The notes under the pieces were generated by a model that was not told where the DNA came from, did not search any database, and saw nothing but the letters and a program-made list of their open reading frames with translations. A stretch of 64,000 nt of DNA from Candidatus Nanoarchaeia archaeon (GTDB taxonomy: Archaea > Nanobdellota > Nanobdellia > Jingweiarchaeales > Jingweiarchaeaceae): NCBI GenBank assembly GCA_038874075.1, contig JAVZDD010000002.1:4605-68604 (forward strand), given 5' to 3'. Positions 26,220 to 36,174 of the stretch are shown one piece after another. Positions within the stretch are counted from its first letter, which is position 1; the number at the start of each line of letters is the position of its first letter. A program made the position numbers and the translations under genes.

Positions 26220-27887
26220 ATGAATAATGAAGAATTCCAAAAGCAAAAAATCGCTTATTTTTCAATGGAGATAGCACTAAAAAATGATATTTTTACATAC
26301 GCTGGTGGTTTGGGGGTTTTAGCCGGAGATACGATTAGATCAAGCGCTGATTTGAACATACCTCTAGTCGCGGTTTCTTTGATAAGCAAGAAAGGATATT
26401 TCAAGCAAGAAATAACAGAAGACGGTAGACAAATTGAATATCCGCAAGAATGGGATCCATCAAAATATATGAAACTCTTACCTGAAACAATTGAGGTAAA
26501 AATAAAAAATGAAAAAGTTAAGGTTAAAGCTTGGCTTTACGAATGGCGCAGTTTGATTGGTGGTGTTGTTCCAGTACTTTTCCTTGATACGGATGTGGAC
26601 GGAAATTCTGAAGAAAATCGCGCGATAACACATTACCTTTATGGAGGTGATGAGAAGTATAGATTAAAACAAGAAATCGTGCTTGGTATTGGTGGAGTTA
26701 GAATGTTGGAAGCGCTTGGATTTAGGATCAAGAAATACCACATGAACGAGGGTCACTGTGCACTTTTAGCTCTTGAATTGTTATATAAGAATGGAACAGA
26801 TGTGGATAAAGTAAGGGAATCTTGTATTTTTACTACACATACACCTGTGGAAGCTGCACATGATAAATTTTCATACGAACTCATCAGCGAATTGTTAGGG
26901 GAAGCCGATTTAAGTCTATTAAAGAAATATGGAGGACAGGATAAATTCAACATGACGCTTTTTGCTTTAAATATGAGCAATTATGTTAATGGTGTGGCTC
27001 AGAAACATCGAGAAGTGGTTGGTGGAATGTTTCCAGGTTACACTGTACATGCAATTACAAATGGTGTACATTCTTACACATGGACTTGTGATAGTTTCAA
27101 AAGAATATTTAATAAGTATTTACCTGGATGGGCAAATGAACCAGATTTTTTAGTGAGAGTGGATGTGATACCAGAAGAGGAAATCTGGCATGCACATCAA
27201 GAGGCAAAGAAAAATTTGATTGATTATGTGAACAATGTTACTAACATTAATATGGATTACAATACTTTCACAATGGGTTTTGCTAGGAGAGCAACAGGAT
27301 ATAAAAGAGCAACATTTCTTTTTTCAGATCCAGAAAGATTAAAAAAAATAAATCGTAGGTATAAAATGCAATTAATATTTGCTGGAAAAGCACATCCAAA
27401 GGATGATTCAGGTAAGAGAATAATCGCTGAAATATTCGATCATATAAAAAAATTGAAGGATGAAATTAAAATTGTTTATCTACCGAATTATGACCTTGAC
27501 TTGGCACTCAAATTTGTTTCTGGCGTTGATGTTTGGTTGAATACACCATTGAGACCGTTGGAAGCGTCAGGTACTAGCGGGATGAAAGCAGCACACAATG
27601 GTGTAATAAACTTCAGTGTTTTAGATGGTTGGTGGGTAGAAGGCTGCATTGAAAATGTTACTGGTTGGGCTATTGGTCCCCATCCAAATGAAAACCTTTC
27701 TTCTTGGGATACTTACATAAGAGAAAAGGATGATTTGTACAATAAATTGGAGTATGTGATCCTTCCAATGTTTTACAATCAAAGAGATGCATGGATTCAA
27801 ATGATGAAAAATTCGATTGGTAAAATTGCATATTACTTCAACAGTCACCGAATGATGCGTAGATATGTGACAGAAGCGTACCTCTAA
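26220..27887 (+). CDS. glgP: Alpha-glucan (glycogen/maltodextrin) phosphorylase, short GT35 type
   Basis: 555 aa; PLP-site motif EASGTSGMKAAHNG, N-terminal AYFSMEIAL...YAGGLGVLAGD. Confidence 0.8.
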   Translation: MNNEEFQKQKIAYFSMEIALKNDIFTYAGGLGVLAGDTIRSSADLNIPLVAVSLISKKGYFKQEITEDGRQIEYPQEWDPSKYMKLLPETIEVKIKNEKVKVKAWLYEWRSLIGGVVPVLFLDTDVDGNSEENRAITHYLYGGDEKYRLKQEIVLGIGGVRMLEALGFRIKKYHMNEGHCALLALELLYKNGTDVDKVRESCIFTTHTPVEAAHDKFSYELISELLGEADLSLLKKYGGQDKFNMTLFALNMSNYVNGVAQKHREVVGGMFPGYTVHAITNGVHSYTWTCDSFKRIFNKYLPGWANEPDFLVRVDVIPEEEIWHAHQEAKKNLIDYVNNVTNINMDYNTFTMGFARRATGYKRATFLFSDPERLKKINRRYKMQLIFAGKAHPKDDSGKRIIAEIFDHIKKLKDEIKIVYLPNYDLDLALKFVSGVDVWLNTPLRPLEASGTSGMKAAHNGVINFSVLDGWWVEGCIENVTGWAIGPHPNENLSSWDTYIREKDDLYNKLEYVILPMFYNQRDAWIQMMKNSIGKIAYYFNSHRMMRRYVTEAYL

Positions 27888-27889
27888 AT

Positions 27890-28204
27890 TTATTTTCTCT
27901 TCTTAATCTCGATCAGTTGCTTTTCAAATCTCTTCATTATTTCTCTCTTTCTTCTTTCTCTTTCATTTATCACTTCTTTTTTTCCTATCATATAACCAAT
28001 CACTAGTAAGAATATACCAATGAAGATAAAAGGAATAAATGAAATCGCAAAGAAAATAGCTACCTGGAAAGTATTTATCATTGGGTAACGTGTCATAAGA
28101 AACATTATTAAAAATAAGATGATTACTATGGGCATAAATATGATGAAAACTCCTATTCCTTTGAGAATGTCAGAAATTGCCTCAATAGATATCTCATCCA
28201 GCAT
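27890..28204 (-). CDS. Small membrane protein
   Basis: 104 aa, two hydrophobic helices and basic C-terminus. Confidence 0.4.
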   Translation of the reverse strand: MLDEISIEAISDILKGIGVFIIFMPIVIILFLIMFLMTRYPMINTFQVAIFFAISFIPFIFIGIFLLVIGYMIGKKEVINERERRKREIMKRFEKQLIEIKKRK

Positions 28205-28235
28205 AAGTAAATAATAATTTATAAAAATTTAAATC

Positions 28236-28324
28236 TGCCTGGGGTGGGATTTGAACCCACGATTGCAGCGTATCTTAGCAAAGCTCATGAGCGCTGCGTT
28301 CTAGCCAGACTAAACTACCCAGGC
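28236..28324 (-). tRNA. tRNA-Met/Ile2 (anticodon CAT) with about 14-nt intron
   Basis: Reverse complement: acceptor GCCTGGG/CCCAGGC, anticodon stem CAGCG...CGCTG with loop CTCATG + 14-nt insert, T-arm GTGGG-TTCAAAT-CCCAC, discriminator A. Track ORF 28244..28459(+) is spurious. Confidence 0.65.
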
Positions 28325-28325
28325 A

Positions 28326-28808
28326 TTAAAGTTTGTATCCAATCTTTCTTAAAAAAACCTTCCTATCTTTTATCTCTTCCTCTCCTTCAATACCCTTGCT
28401 CTTCATACCATCCACAACACCAAGAATTCCCCTTCCTTGCTCTGTCTCAGCGATTATAATTTGTAATGGGTTCGCAGTTGCAGCAATTATATTACAAACC
28501 TCAGGTACTTCTTTTATTCTATTTAATACGTTTATTGGGTATCCATTTTTTAAGAAAATGATGAAACAATGTCCACATCCGATCTCCAGCGCTTTTTCTG
28601 CAGCTAATTTTCTAAGTTGTTCATCATTGCCACTATGTCTTACAAGGCAAGGACCGCTTGATTCACAGAAACCGATACCAAATTTTATGATGGGAGATGA
28701 ATTCACGATTGCTTCATGTAAATCCTCAACTGTTTTAATAAAATGACTCTGTCCAAGTATCAAATTACATCCTTCAGGTACTTCTATCTTAACAATTTTG
28801 ATTTCCAT
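28326..28808 (-). CDS. Conserved hypothetical protein
   Basis: 160 aa ORF ending 1 nt before the tRNA 5' end on the same strand. Confidence 0.45.
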   Translation of the reverse strand: MEIKIVKIEVPEGCNLILGQSHFIKTVEDLHEAIVNSSPIIKFGIGFCESSGPCLVRHSGNDEQLRKLAAEKALEIGCGHCFIIFLKNGYPINVLNRIKEVPEVCNIIAATANPLQIIIAETEQGRGILGVVDGMKSKGIEGEEEIKDRKVFLRKIGYKL

Positions 28809-28940
28809 AATCTCACGAGAGGAGAATAGTAATTAATAATTTTAATTTCTTTCTATTCCAATATGCAAATTTTATTATCAAAATTTTTTATCACTATAAA
28901 ATAGTAAAATTTATAAGTAACATCATTCACAATTAACTTT

Positions 28941-29726
28941 ATGAAAATACCAGCTGATATAGAAAGGATACTGGACAAGACAGTTAAGTGTTTACCAAAC
29001 ACATACTATTGTAAGGATATGAAATTTTCAAAGGACGATCTAGCAAGAAGAACATGTAAAGAAGTAAGATGTGATGCTGTGGCTTTAATGCCAACTTACA
29101 ACACATATACGAGAGGTAAACCTGGGTATTGGCATGACAATGTTGGAAATGTCTTAGAAGATCTTCTTAGCATAAAGGAGCACTTCCTAAAAGATTCACT
29201 GAAAAAAATAATCGTCGTAAATGATGGTAGTACTGATAAAACAAATGAAGTTCTGGAAGAATTAGTTAGGAGAGAATCAAAGACAATAGATGTAATAAAC
29301 ATACCTGAGAACCTAGGATTCAATTATGCGGTACTTGCTGGTTATGAGAAAGCGCTTAAAAATAATCCTAAAATTATTGTTAAGATGGATTCTGATGGTG
29401 AAACCCCACCAATTTTCATCACAGAATTGTTAGATAAGATGGTTAAACTTGATGCTGACCACATTCACTACGGTACACCATTTTCTAGTGAGATGTCAAC
29501 TGGGTTTTTTGGTTTTAGAGCAACGAGATCAAACATCATTAAGGATTTACTCCCATTCTTCAAATCGCTCTTTATCTATCCTGGCTCAGAGGTGGCTGGA
29601 AGAAGCATAGATGAAGTGCTGACAAGTGTGTTGACTAATCCATTCTCACCGTATAGGATCGTGAATAAAGAAATAAAAGTGTATAGAATATTTGAAGAAG
29701 ACGGCGAAACAATTCGATTAGCTTGA
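28941..29726 (+). CDS. Glycosyltransferase family 2
   Basis: AVALMPTYN, VVNDGSTDKT and MDSDGE (DxD) motifs. Confidence 0.65.
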   Translation: MKIPADIERILDKTVKCLPNTYYCKDMKFSKDDLARRTCKEVRCDAVALMPTYNTYTRGKPGYWHDNVGNVLEDLLSIKEHFLKDSLKKIIVVNDGSTDKTNEVLEELVRRESKTIDVINIPENLGFNYAVLAGYEKALKNNPKIIVKMDSDGETPPIFITELLDKMVKLDADHIHYGTPFSSEMSTGFFGFRATRSNIIKDLLPFFKSLFIYPGSEVAGRSIDEVLTSVLTNPFSPYRIVNKEIKVYRIFEEDGETIRLA

Positions 29727-29728
29727 AA

Positions 29729-30991
29729 TCATAAATTTCTTAACCAATTTAATTTTGTCAAAACTGCTGGTTTTAGAACTGGGTATTTTTTAATTATTTC
29801 ATTTGTAATGTAGCTGATATCCCAAATCATTTTATTTTCATCGTCTGGCGATGGAAACTGAAGTAATCCTTCAATTTCCATTTGAAATAATTCATTTTGT
29901 TCATGCGTACAGCGATCTATTAGCACACAGTATGAATTTTTAGTAATTTCATTCTCTACCAAAAAATATTTTCTTTTTCTGTAAATTGTTTTTAAGGGTA
30001 ATTGCAATATAGATGCAGTGAAGGAATCCTTTTCTTCACTTCGCTTAACAATGCAATTCAATCCGAAAGGATCATTCAAAATTTCTACATTACTTTTGCG
30101 AGTGATTCTCTTTGATTTACCTTTTGTACTTATCCTTAAAAATTCATTTTGATTTAATAAATAATGATCCAATTCGCCTGTTTCCAAAACATATGGAAAT
30201 TTGTTTAAAACTGAAAAACCATTTATACCCCCGCTTTCAAAATCCTTCTTAATTTGGTGGAAAACAAATTGGTCTGCTCCGTCTAAAATTAATTTTGCTT
30301 CGATCTCAATGTTAGCATTCGGAACATAATATTTATGCTTATCTCGCAAATGTTTACTTAAGAAATTGTAAGCCATATCTTTCTTGGAAATTACTGGTTC
30401 GGCTTCAAAATTGATTAATGTTTCCCGAATTCTCTGAACATTTTTAGAATTGGTTTTATCCGGATGTATTTTAATTTCTACTCGAGCGTAATCTTCGTTC
30501 CCGATCTTAATCCCATTAAATTCTTTGTCAAAAAAGAAATAATCGATCTGATCATCAATCGTGATCCTGAATTCATTTTCTTTAGATACATAATGCGCTC
30601 TTCTATAGCTATCTGCTACGTAGGGCTGAAGTTTAAGTTGGATTGGCATTCCATTTATCCTTAAAACTTCATCTAAAATCTTTTTAAGACTAAGGTTTTT
30701 CCTTTCTTTTTCTTTTAGTCTTAACGCGCTACTCGCCTGGTCTTTTTTGATTTCAAATATCCATTCATCATCTAAATTGAGCTTCCCATCGAATGGAGAG
30801 CTTGAATATCTTCTAGCCTTAACTGAAATTTCGAATGGAACTTCATGTTCGTTATTATTAAAATATAATGTATGATTATAATTTGTTGGAAAAACTTGAG
30901 GGGAAACGATTGACTCAATTTCTTTTAAAAATTTGTTAGAGTTAGATGCTTCAATTAAGTATCTTTCTTCTGTCCTCTTTATTAAATCCAT
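29729..30991 (-). CDS. CYTH-domain (triphosphate tunnel metalloenzyme)-like protein
   Basis: C-terminal half has ExExK-type motif NIEIEAKLILD followed by RISTKGKSKRITRK; N-terminal half of unknown nature. Confidence 0.35.
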   Translation of the reverse strand: MDLIKRTEERYLIEASNSNKFLKEIESIVSPQVFPTNYNHTLYFNNNEHEVPFEISVKARRYSSSPFDGKLNLDDEWIFEIKKDQASSALRLKEKERKNLSLKKILDEVLRINGMPIQLKLQPYVADSYRRAHYVSKENEFRITIDDQIDYFFFDKEFNGIKIGNEDYARVEIKIHPDKTNSKNVQRIRETLINFEAEPVISKKDMAYNFLSKHLRDKHKYYVPNANIEIEAKLILDGADQFVFHQIKKDFESGGINGFSVLNKFPYVLETGELDHYLLNQNEFLRISTKGKSKRITRKSNVEILNDPFGLNCIVKRSEEKDSFTASILQLPLKTIYRKRKYFLVENEITKNSYCVLIDRCTHEQNELFQMEIEGLLQFPSPDDENKMIWDISYITNEIIKKYPVLKPAVLTKLNWLRNL

Positions 30992-31038
30992 AACAAGATT
31001 TAAATATTACTGACTTATATACTATTCAGTGATAAAAA

Positions 31039-31416
31039 ATGTTAGAAAAGGAAACGGAAAAAAGAAAGATATTACAACATTTTATGCCTCACACAAAGAT
31101 TGCTATGGCAATAAGATTATCAGCATACAAAGCAAAAGATGAAGGTAAGCCATACCATGGCACAACAATAGCTGAACTAGAAAACATATTAGAAAAGCTC
31201 AAGGAATCAAATTTCGATTTTGGTATTTCTTCTGATAAACTTCCAGAAATTTTGAAATCTGCAGAGGAAAGTGGACGAATTTTTCCAACACTCAAATTTG
31301 ATGCTGAGAATCGTGCTATTAGAGCCTATGTTGTGGATCCGGTGGTCTCACATCTTTACGATGAAATGTTAGAAGAAGTTGGTTTATTAGAAACAAAAAT
31401 TAAGGTCAAAATTTAA
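31039..31416 (+). CDS. Hypothetical protein
   Basis: 125 aa ORF, no recognisable motif. Confidence 0.4.
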   Translation: MLEKETEKRKILQHFMPHTKIAMAIRLSAYKAKDEGKPYHGTTIAELENILEKLKESNFDFGISSDKLPEILKSAEESGRIFPTLKFDAENRAIRAYVVDPVVSHLYDEMLEEVGLLETKIKVKI

Positions 31417-31460
31417 ATAATTCTTTTTAAGACATATCTCGTTTTTAAAACTTTGTTGAA

Positions 31461-31532
31461 TGGACCGGAGGGGAATTGAACCCCTAGTCTCTCGCACGCC
31501 AAGCGAGCGCTTTACCATTAAGCTACCGGCCC
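31461..31532 (-). tRNA. tRNA-Ala (anticodon GGC)
   Basis: Reverse complement GGGCCGG...: G3:U70 pair in acceptor stem, anticodon arm CTCGC-TTGGCGT-GCGAG, T-arm GGGGTTCAATTCCCC, discriminator A. Confidence 0.8.
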
Positions 31533-31793
31533 ATACCTAAAATTAAACTCCAAATAATTTAAAGATTTTGTTTATAGAAATCTTTTATAGCCTAAACTTT
31601 TGGACTGTAATGTCTTTTGTCCAGTAATAAGTTAGTACAAAGAACCAAATTGAGATGGTAATTATAGCTATGATTTTCTCTTTCAATCTCCTTATTCGAG
31701 ATTTTGCCATCCTACATCACTAAATTTATTTTAATAGTTATGAAGGACAATAATTATTAAGTAATATCTAAATTTAAAGGTTTTGGATTCGTT

Positions 31794-32360
31794 TTATCCT
31801 ACAGTAATACAATTTATATTTTTAAACAAAATTCTATCAAGATTGTCTTCTTTAAGACCAATTTCAAGGTTTAGAACCTCACCGACTTTTTTATACTCTT
31901 CTGGTATTGCCAGCGTAAAGTTTAATTCTACGAGTTGGTTTGTCTTAAGTAAGTTAATTTTTTTCTCACCATGGGCAAGCAATCTATCTTCTTTGTACAC
32001 GTTAATAAAAATAACTGTATCAACGATATCATAAATTCCATCATTCATAATACTAAGTTTAAAATTATCCTCGGTTGAGTTTGAACACATAAAACCAGTA
32101 AGTGCTATTGAATATTTTTCTCTTAAAATTCCTCTCGATGTTGTGTTACTACATTTGTCTTGTAGGCATAGACCCATACAATAGATATCTGTACCATTCT
32201 CTTTGATGTCGGAGTACTGTACACCAATACATTCACAGATGGTGTCTATAGAACCTGCAACTCTACTCAAATTTCCGCATGGCTTTGGAAACAAGAAGAC
32301 AGCTATTCCCCAAACTATTAGAGAAGCAGCTAGCATATGTATTATCAGGTCAAGTTTCAT
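31794..32360 (-). CDS. Secreted/membrane-anchored cysteine-containing protein
   Basis: 188 aa; N-terminal hydrophobic signal-like helix, several Cys and N-x-S/T sequons. Confidence 0.4.
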   Translation of the reverse strand: MKLDLIIHMLAASLIVWGIAVFLFPKPCGNLSRVAGSIDTICECIGVQYSDIKENGTDIYCMGLCLQDKCSNTTSRGILREKYSIALTGFMCSNSTEDNFKLSIMNDGIYDIVDTVIFINVYKEDRLLAHGEKKINLLKTNQLVELNFTLAIPEEYKKVGEVLNLEIGLKEDNLDRILFKNINCITVG

Positions 32361-32455
32361 TCAATAAAAAATAACAGTCATAAGTTAAATTTTTTCTGCA
32401 TATCCAGATTAAAATAAACACTAAATTTTTAAATGTAAAATTTTTTACCAATTAT

Positions 32456-32689
32456 ATGGAAGAAGTTCTTAGGACGGATCAAGGAAAAATAGTAATATTC
32501 CTTCTAATCATAGGTGCTGTATTTTTCATTGCACTTACATTCTCACTACAACAAGGAATCGAAACATGTAACAATTGTTACATCATGGGTTTTGGCAATT
32601 ACTCAGATGTAATACTTATATTGTTGGCGATGGCTTTCCTAATGTTCGTTTTGATCAGGTTCTATACACAGTTTTCTCCATTAAAATAA
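32456..32689 (+). CDS. Small membrane protein
   Basis: 77 aa, two hydrophobic helices. Confidence 0.35.
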   Translation: MEEVLRTDQGKIVIFLLIIGAVFFIALTFSLQQGIETCNNCYIMGFGNYSDVILILLAMAFLMFVLIRFYTQFSPLK

Positions 32690-32729
32690 ATTCAAAATAT
32701 ATTTAAAATCACTATTATATAGTAAATAA

Positions 32730-33467
32730 ATGTTTCCAATAACAATAGAAAATTTAGTGGATAATATAAGAAACAAAGATTGTCCAAATTGGATAAAAAA
32801 AGAGAATGCGCTCTGTCTTTGCCAGGTTGTTTATGATGGAATGCTTGAACAAATGTTAGATCAACCATCTCTGCTTAATAAAACGTTTAAAGTAGCTTCA
32901 GAAGTATGTGCTAAATTTTACATTCCTGGTTACAATGCTAATGTTAATGAAAGAGACCTAGACTACATTAAAAAAACTACTAGGAAATTCAAGATCGACA
33001 TTAAATTTCGACCTCTGAATGGGAGCGAAGATTGTGTCAAGGACTTCATCCGAAGTGTTGTAAAGTATTATAAAGAGCATGAGAGACCAGATGTAATTAT
33101 TTCGATTGCAAGTGGTGGATTTGAACCAGCGTTGGTTCTTTCCAAGGTGTTAAATACACCACATACGACATTAAGGTTCTCACATCACTATAGAAATGAT
33201 GAAAATGTGAAATTGTTACCATTCCAAGAAATGGAACTTAAAGAAAAAATTCCAAATAGTAATGTTTTGTTAATTGATGATTGGATAGAAAGCGGTAGAA
33301 CAATCAATAAAGTAACTGATTTTTTAAATGAAAGTTATGCACCAAGAACGATTACTGTTGGCATTGTACTCAATAGTTACAATACAATATTTAATCCCGT
33401 TATGAAATTCCCTTTTAAAATAGTTAGGTACGAAGCAAATTTTCAAGACAAATTTTGCAGAATCTAA
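32730..33467 (+). CDS. Phosphoribosyltransferase-domain protein
   Basis: PRPP-binding type motif VLLIDDWIESGRTI preceded by IISIASGGFEPA. Confidence 0.45.
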   Translation: MFPITIENLVDNIRNKDCPNWIKKENALCLCQVVYDGMLEQMLDQPSLLNKTFKVASEVCAKFYIPGYNANVNERDLDYIKKTTRKFKIDIKFRPLNGSEDCVKDFIRSVVKYYKEHERPDVIISIASGGFEPALVLSKVLNTPHTTLRFSHHYRNDENVKLLPFQEMELKEKIPNSNVLLIDDWIESGRTINKVTDFLNESYAPRTITVGIVLNSYNTIFNPVMKFPFKIVRYEANFQDKFCRI

Positions 33468-33960
33468 ATTGTTTTTCTGGGCTTGAAGTACTCATGAAAC
33501 ACTCCTCAAATTCTTCTCCTTCATGGTCAAAGAGTCCTATTTGATGACCAAATTCATGAGTCAGTATTTTTACCAAATCATCCGTTGAGAGTGAAAATTC
33601 TGATATCACGCTTCGATTACCAAGCGTATGTCCTGAAAGAAGATCAATTTTACAGATTATTTTTCCATCGTATATCGTAATTTGCTTCCTATATATTGGT
33701 TCATTTAGTGCTAGAATCCATGGTTGGGTGTAATTCCAGCCAAGTCTCAGCACCTTATTCAGAGGAACCGCCAGGATTTCTCTATCCTCATAATTGATAA
33801 CATCTTCCATTCTTTTAATACGCTCCAGTTCACCCCTAACATTCCAATCCATTTTTTGTCTTCTTATTTTTTCAGGAAAAAATAAAAGTGCATTCTTGTA
33901 GATTTCATGAAGAGAAATATCAGGATTTTCTCTAAAGTCGATGAGTGTAACCACACTCAT
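33424..33960 (-). CDS. amzA: Archaemetzincin-like zinc metalloprotease
   Basis: HEFGHQIGLFDHEG followed by Cys-containing C-terminus (C...CKIC), about 180 aa. Confidence 0.65.
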   Translation of the reverse strand: MSVVTLIDFRENPDISLHEIYKNALLFFPEKIRRQKMDWNVRGELERIKRMEDVINYEDREILAVPLNKVLRLGWNYTQPWILALNEPIYRKQITIYDGKIICKIDLLSGHTLGNRSVISEFSLSTDDLVKILTHEFGHQIGLFDHEGEEFEECFMSTSSPEKQFRFCKICLENLLRT

Positions 33961-33999
33961 AAGTAGAAAGGTAACAAATGTTAAATAAATATTTTACTT

Positions 34000-34656
34000 T
34001 TAAGTAGTGTCTAATAAAGAAACCTCGATTCGCTGTTTTCCTTTTCCAGGTTTTTTGCCTTTATCTACCCTGATTTGACCTATCTCACTTGTGTTTTTAA
34101 CATGCGTCCCCAGGCAGTGCATCTTTGGAAATATCTCTATCTTCCAATACCAAATATCAGGATTGTCTGGTTCTCGTGCTCTCTCAATTTCATAATTCTT
34201 TGCGATTATTTGATTCGCCTTTTCTTCGACTGCCTTCAATTTCTCCGTATCGATCTCTTCTATCAAGTAATCATTCCTATCTTTTTTATCATCAACAATT
34301 CCAGGAGATGCAACTTTGCAATCAGGACCAAATATAGCTTGCATTACATAATAAACAATATGTGCTGCTGAATGTAATCGCATTATCTTGTATCTCCTTT
34401 CCCAATCGATTTTTCCATGAACAATGTCACCAACTTTGAAATTGGGCTCCCTTTCAAGTATGTGTATGACTTTGTCACCTTCTTTTATTGTGTTGACTAC
34501 CTTTATCCCATTTATTTCACCAGTATCACCCACTTGACCTCCACCCTGCGGATAAAAACAAGTCTGGTCAAGAACAACTTGGTTTCCATTGATTTCAATT
34601 ACCTTTGCATCAAATTCCTTCATATATACATCTTCGTAAAATAATTTTCTAGTCAT
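34000..34656 (-). CDS. alaX: Alanyl-tRNA editing protein AlaX-like
   Basis: FYPQGGGQVGDTG N-terminal motif, zinc-binding HSAAH and CLGTH motifs. Confidence 0.7.
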   Translation of the reverse strand: MTRKLFYEDVYMKEFDAKVIEINGNQVVLDQTCFYPQGGGQVGDTGEINGIKVVNTIKEGDKVIHILEREPNFKVGDIVHGKIDWERRYKIMRLHSAAHIVYYVMQAIFGPDCKVASPGIVDDKKDRNDYLIEEIDTEKLKAVEEKANQIIAKNYEIERAREPDNPDIWYWKIEIFPKMHCLGTHVKNTSEIGQIRVDKGKKPGKGKQRIEVSLLDTT

Positions 34657-34717
34657 AAGTTCAATTCAAAAATATTTAAGTTTATAAACTTTTTATATAT
34701 AACAGTGAGGTGGTGAA

Positions 34718-34954
34718 ATGCCCCAAGCAAAAAAAGTTTTAAACCAAGCTGCTTCAGCGATGGGTACAATAACCTTGTTAATAGTGACTGCCGTGATCCT
34801 AATCGTTATGGGACTAGTATTCTTTCTAGTAAATTTATGGATCATAAAATTTGCAGCGGTAGACATCCTTAAATTACAAGTTTCTGGCGAATGGATTGTT
34901 TTTTCAGCAGCAGTTCTGAGTGCAGCATCAATGATTGGCTCAAAGAGCAGATAA
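34718..34954 (+). CDS. Small membrane protein
   Basis: 78 aa, two TM helices; strong SD GAGGTGGTGA upstream of ATG; preferred over antisense ORF 34693..34962. Confidence 0.45.
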   Translation: MPQAKKVLNQAASAMGTITLLIVTAVILIVMGLVFFLVNLWIIKFAAVDILKLQVSGEWIVFSAAVLSAASMIGSKSR

Positions 34955-35026
34955 ATAATCATTATTTTTTTGTATTTACTATAAAGTAAAAATATTTAAG
35001 TAAGGGAAGATGTAATATCATTAAAA

Positions 35027-35497
35027 ATGAATAATTATAAAACCATGCCATTAAGAAAATGGTTTGAAGATAGGATTCGTTCTTCAACGAGTGTTGCTCA
35101 AGAATCACTAAAACAACAAATGAAAAAGCTTGAAGAAATTGGTTGGGACCTCGATAAACCTATTTTTGATAACATGCGTGAAACACTCAAAAAATTAGAT
35201 AAAGATCAGAGAGAAGCATACATTGTAAGCATTGCTTACTTGTGGACAAGTCCCGAATTCATTTCCAATAGCTTGTATGAGATTAAATATGAAGAATTAG
35301 AGAAATTTAAAGCAAACATTTTGGATGAAGCTGCTGAAGCAAAACAGTTTTTCAAAGACCTTGCAAGAGAATGCGATGTTGAAATTCCGGAGGATGCACT
35401 TGAGAAGATAGTTGAAATAAATAAACAGAATTCTTTGAGAATTGTGGATGAGCATATAAAAGGAAGAAAACCAGCATCATATGGTTTTATTGTTTAA
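35027..35497 (+). CDS. Hypothetical protein
   Basis: 156 aa soluble helical ORF. Confidence 0.4.
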   Translation: MNNYKTMPLRKWFEDRIRSSTSVAQESLKQQMKKLEEIGWDLDKPIFDNMRETLKKLDKDQREAYIVSIAYLWTSPEFISNSLYEIKYEELEKFKANILDEAAEAKQFFKDLARECDVEIPEDALEKIVEINKQNSLRIVDEHIKGRKPASYGFIV

Positions 35498-36096
35498 TAA
35501 AAATTAACAGTTGTGCCTCTAAGAAATAACTCAATGAAAGTTAGTGTGATCATAGCTGAAACAAGAATAATAGCCTTCCATTCTTTTAGTTTGTACAATA
35601 CGATTGGAGCAATGTACAACTGTATAACGAGAGACCAGAAACCAACGAATAGGGAGAAATAGGGAATAAAACCGCCCAACAAACATGGAGCAACGCCGTA
35701 GCAGACTGATTTCCAAGCATTCAAAAATGAGCCCTGCCCACCGGCAAGCTTGATAATTGCATGTAAAAAGAGAGTAGTACAAATAAGAATTAGAATTGCA
35801 AATATTGTGATCAAAAATGGTTCAATGAAATATGCGATTGGACCATACCTTGGAACAAAATAATTTCTAATCGCTCTATAACCCATTATTTGCGCCTGAT
35901 ATGCAGATGAAAAATCCGTGCTTTCTATTCCAAGATAATTTATGATTGAGGTCAAAATTGCAATCATAATTGTTATTTTTAGAAAGAATATAAATGGCTC
36001 TTTCCAACCTTCTTTCTCTGTCTTTTCAAAAAAAGTTCTTGGTTCTTCAAGTATCTCAAAAAATTTTTTTATCATTAAATCACCAATTACATACAT
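35494..36096 (-). CDS. Polytopic membrane protein (Yip1-like topology)
   Basis: 200 aa with about five hydrophobic helices. Confidence 0.4.
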   Translation of the reverse strand: MYVIGDLMIKKFFEILEEPRTFFEKTEKEGWKEPFIFFLKITIMIAILTSIINYLGIESTDFSSAYQAQIMGYRAIRNYFVPRYGPIAYFIEPFLITIFAILILICTTLFLHAIIKLAGGQGSFLNAWKSVCYGVAPCLLGGFIPYFSLFVGFWSLVIQLYIAPIVLYKLKEWKAIILVSAMITLTFIELFLRGTTVNFY

Positions 36097-36174
36097 TTTA
36101 TATAATATTAAATTAGATATAAAAGGGATTCGTTTGAATAAAAGTTTAAAAATACTTAAATATAGTTTCTATCT

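Noticed and set aside
28244-28459. 71-aa plus-strand ORF
   Set aside because: Overlaps the minus-strand CAT-anticodon tRNA and the 3' end of the adjacent CDS; translation is an artefact of tRNA sequence.
34693-34962. 89-aa minus-strand ORF
   Set aside because: Overlaps the plus-strand small membrane protein ORF 34718..34954, which has a strong SD (GAGGTGGTGA) and TM-like hydrophobicity; minus ORF judged antisense artefact.
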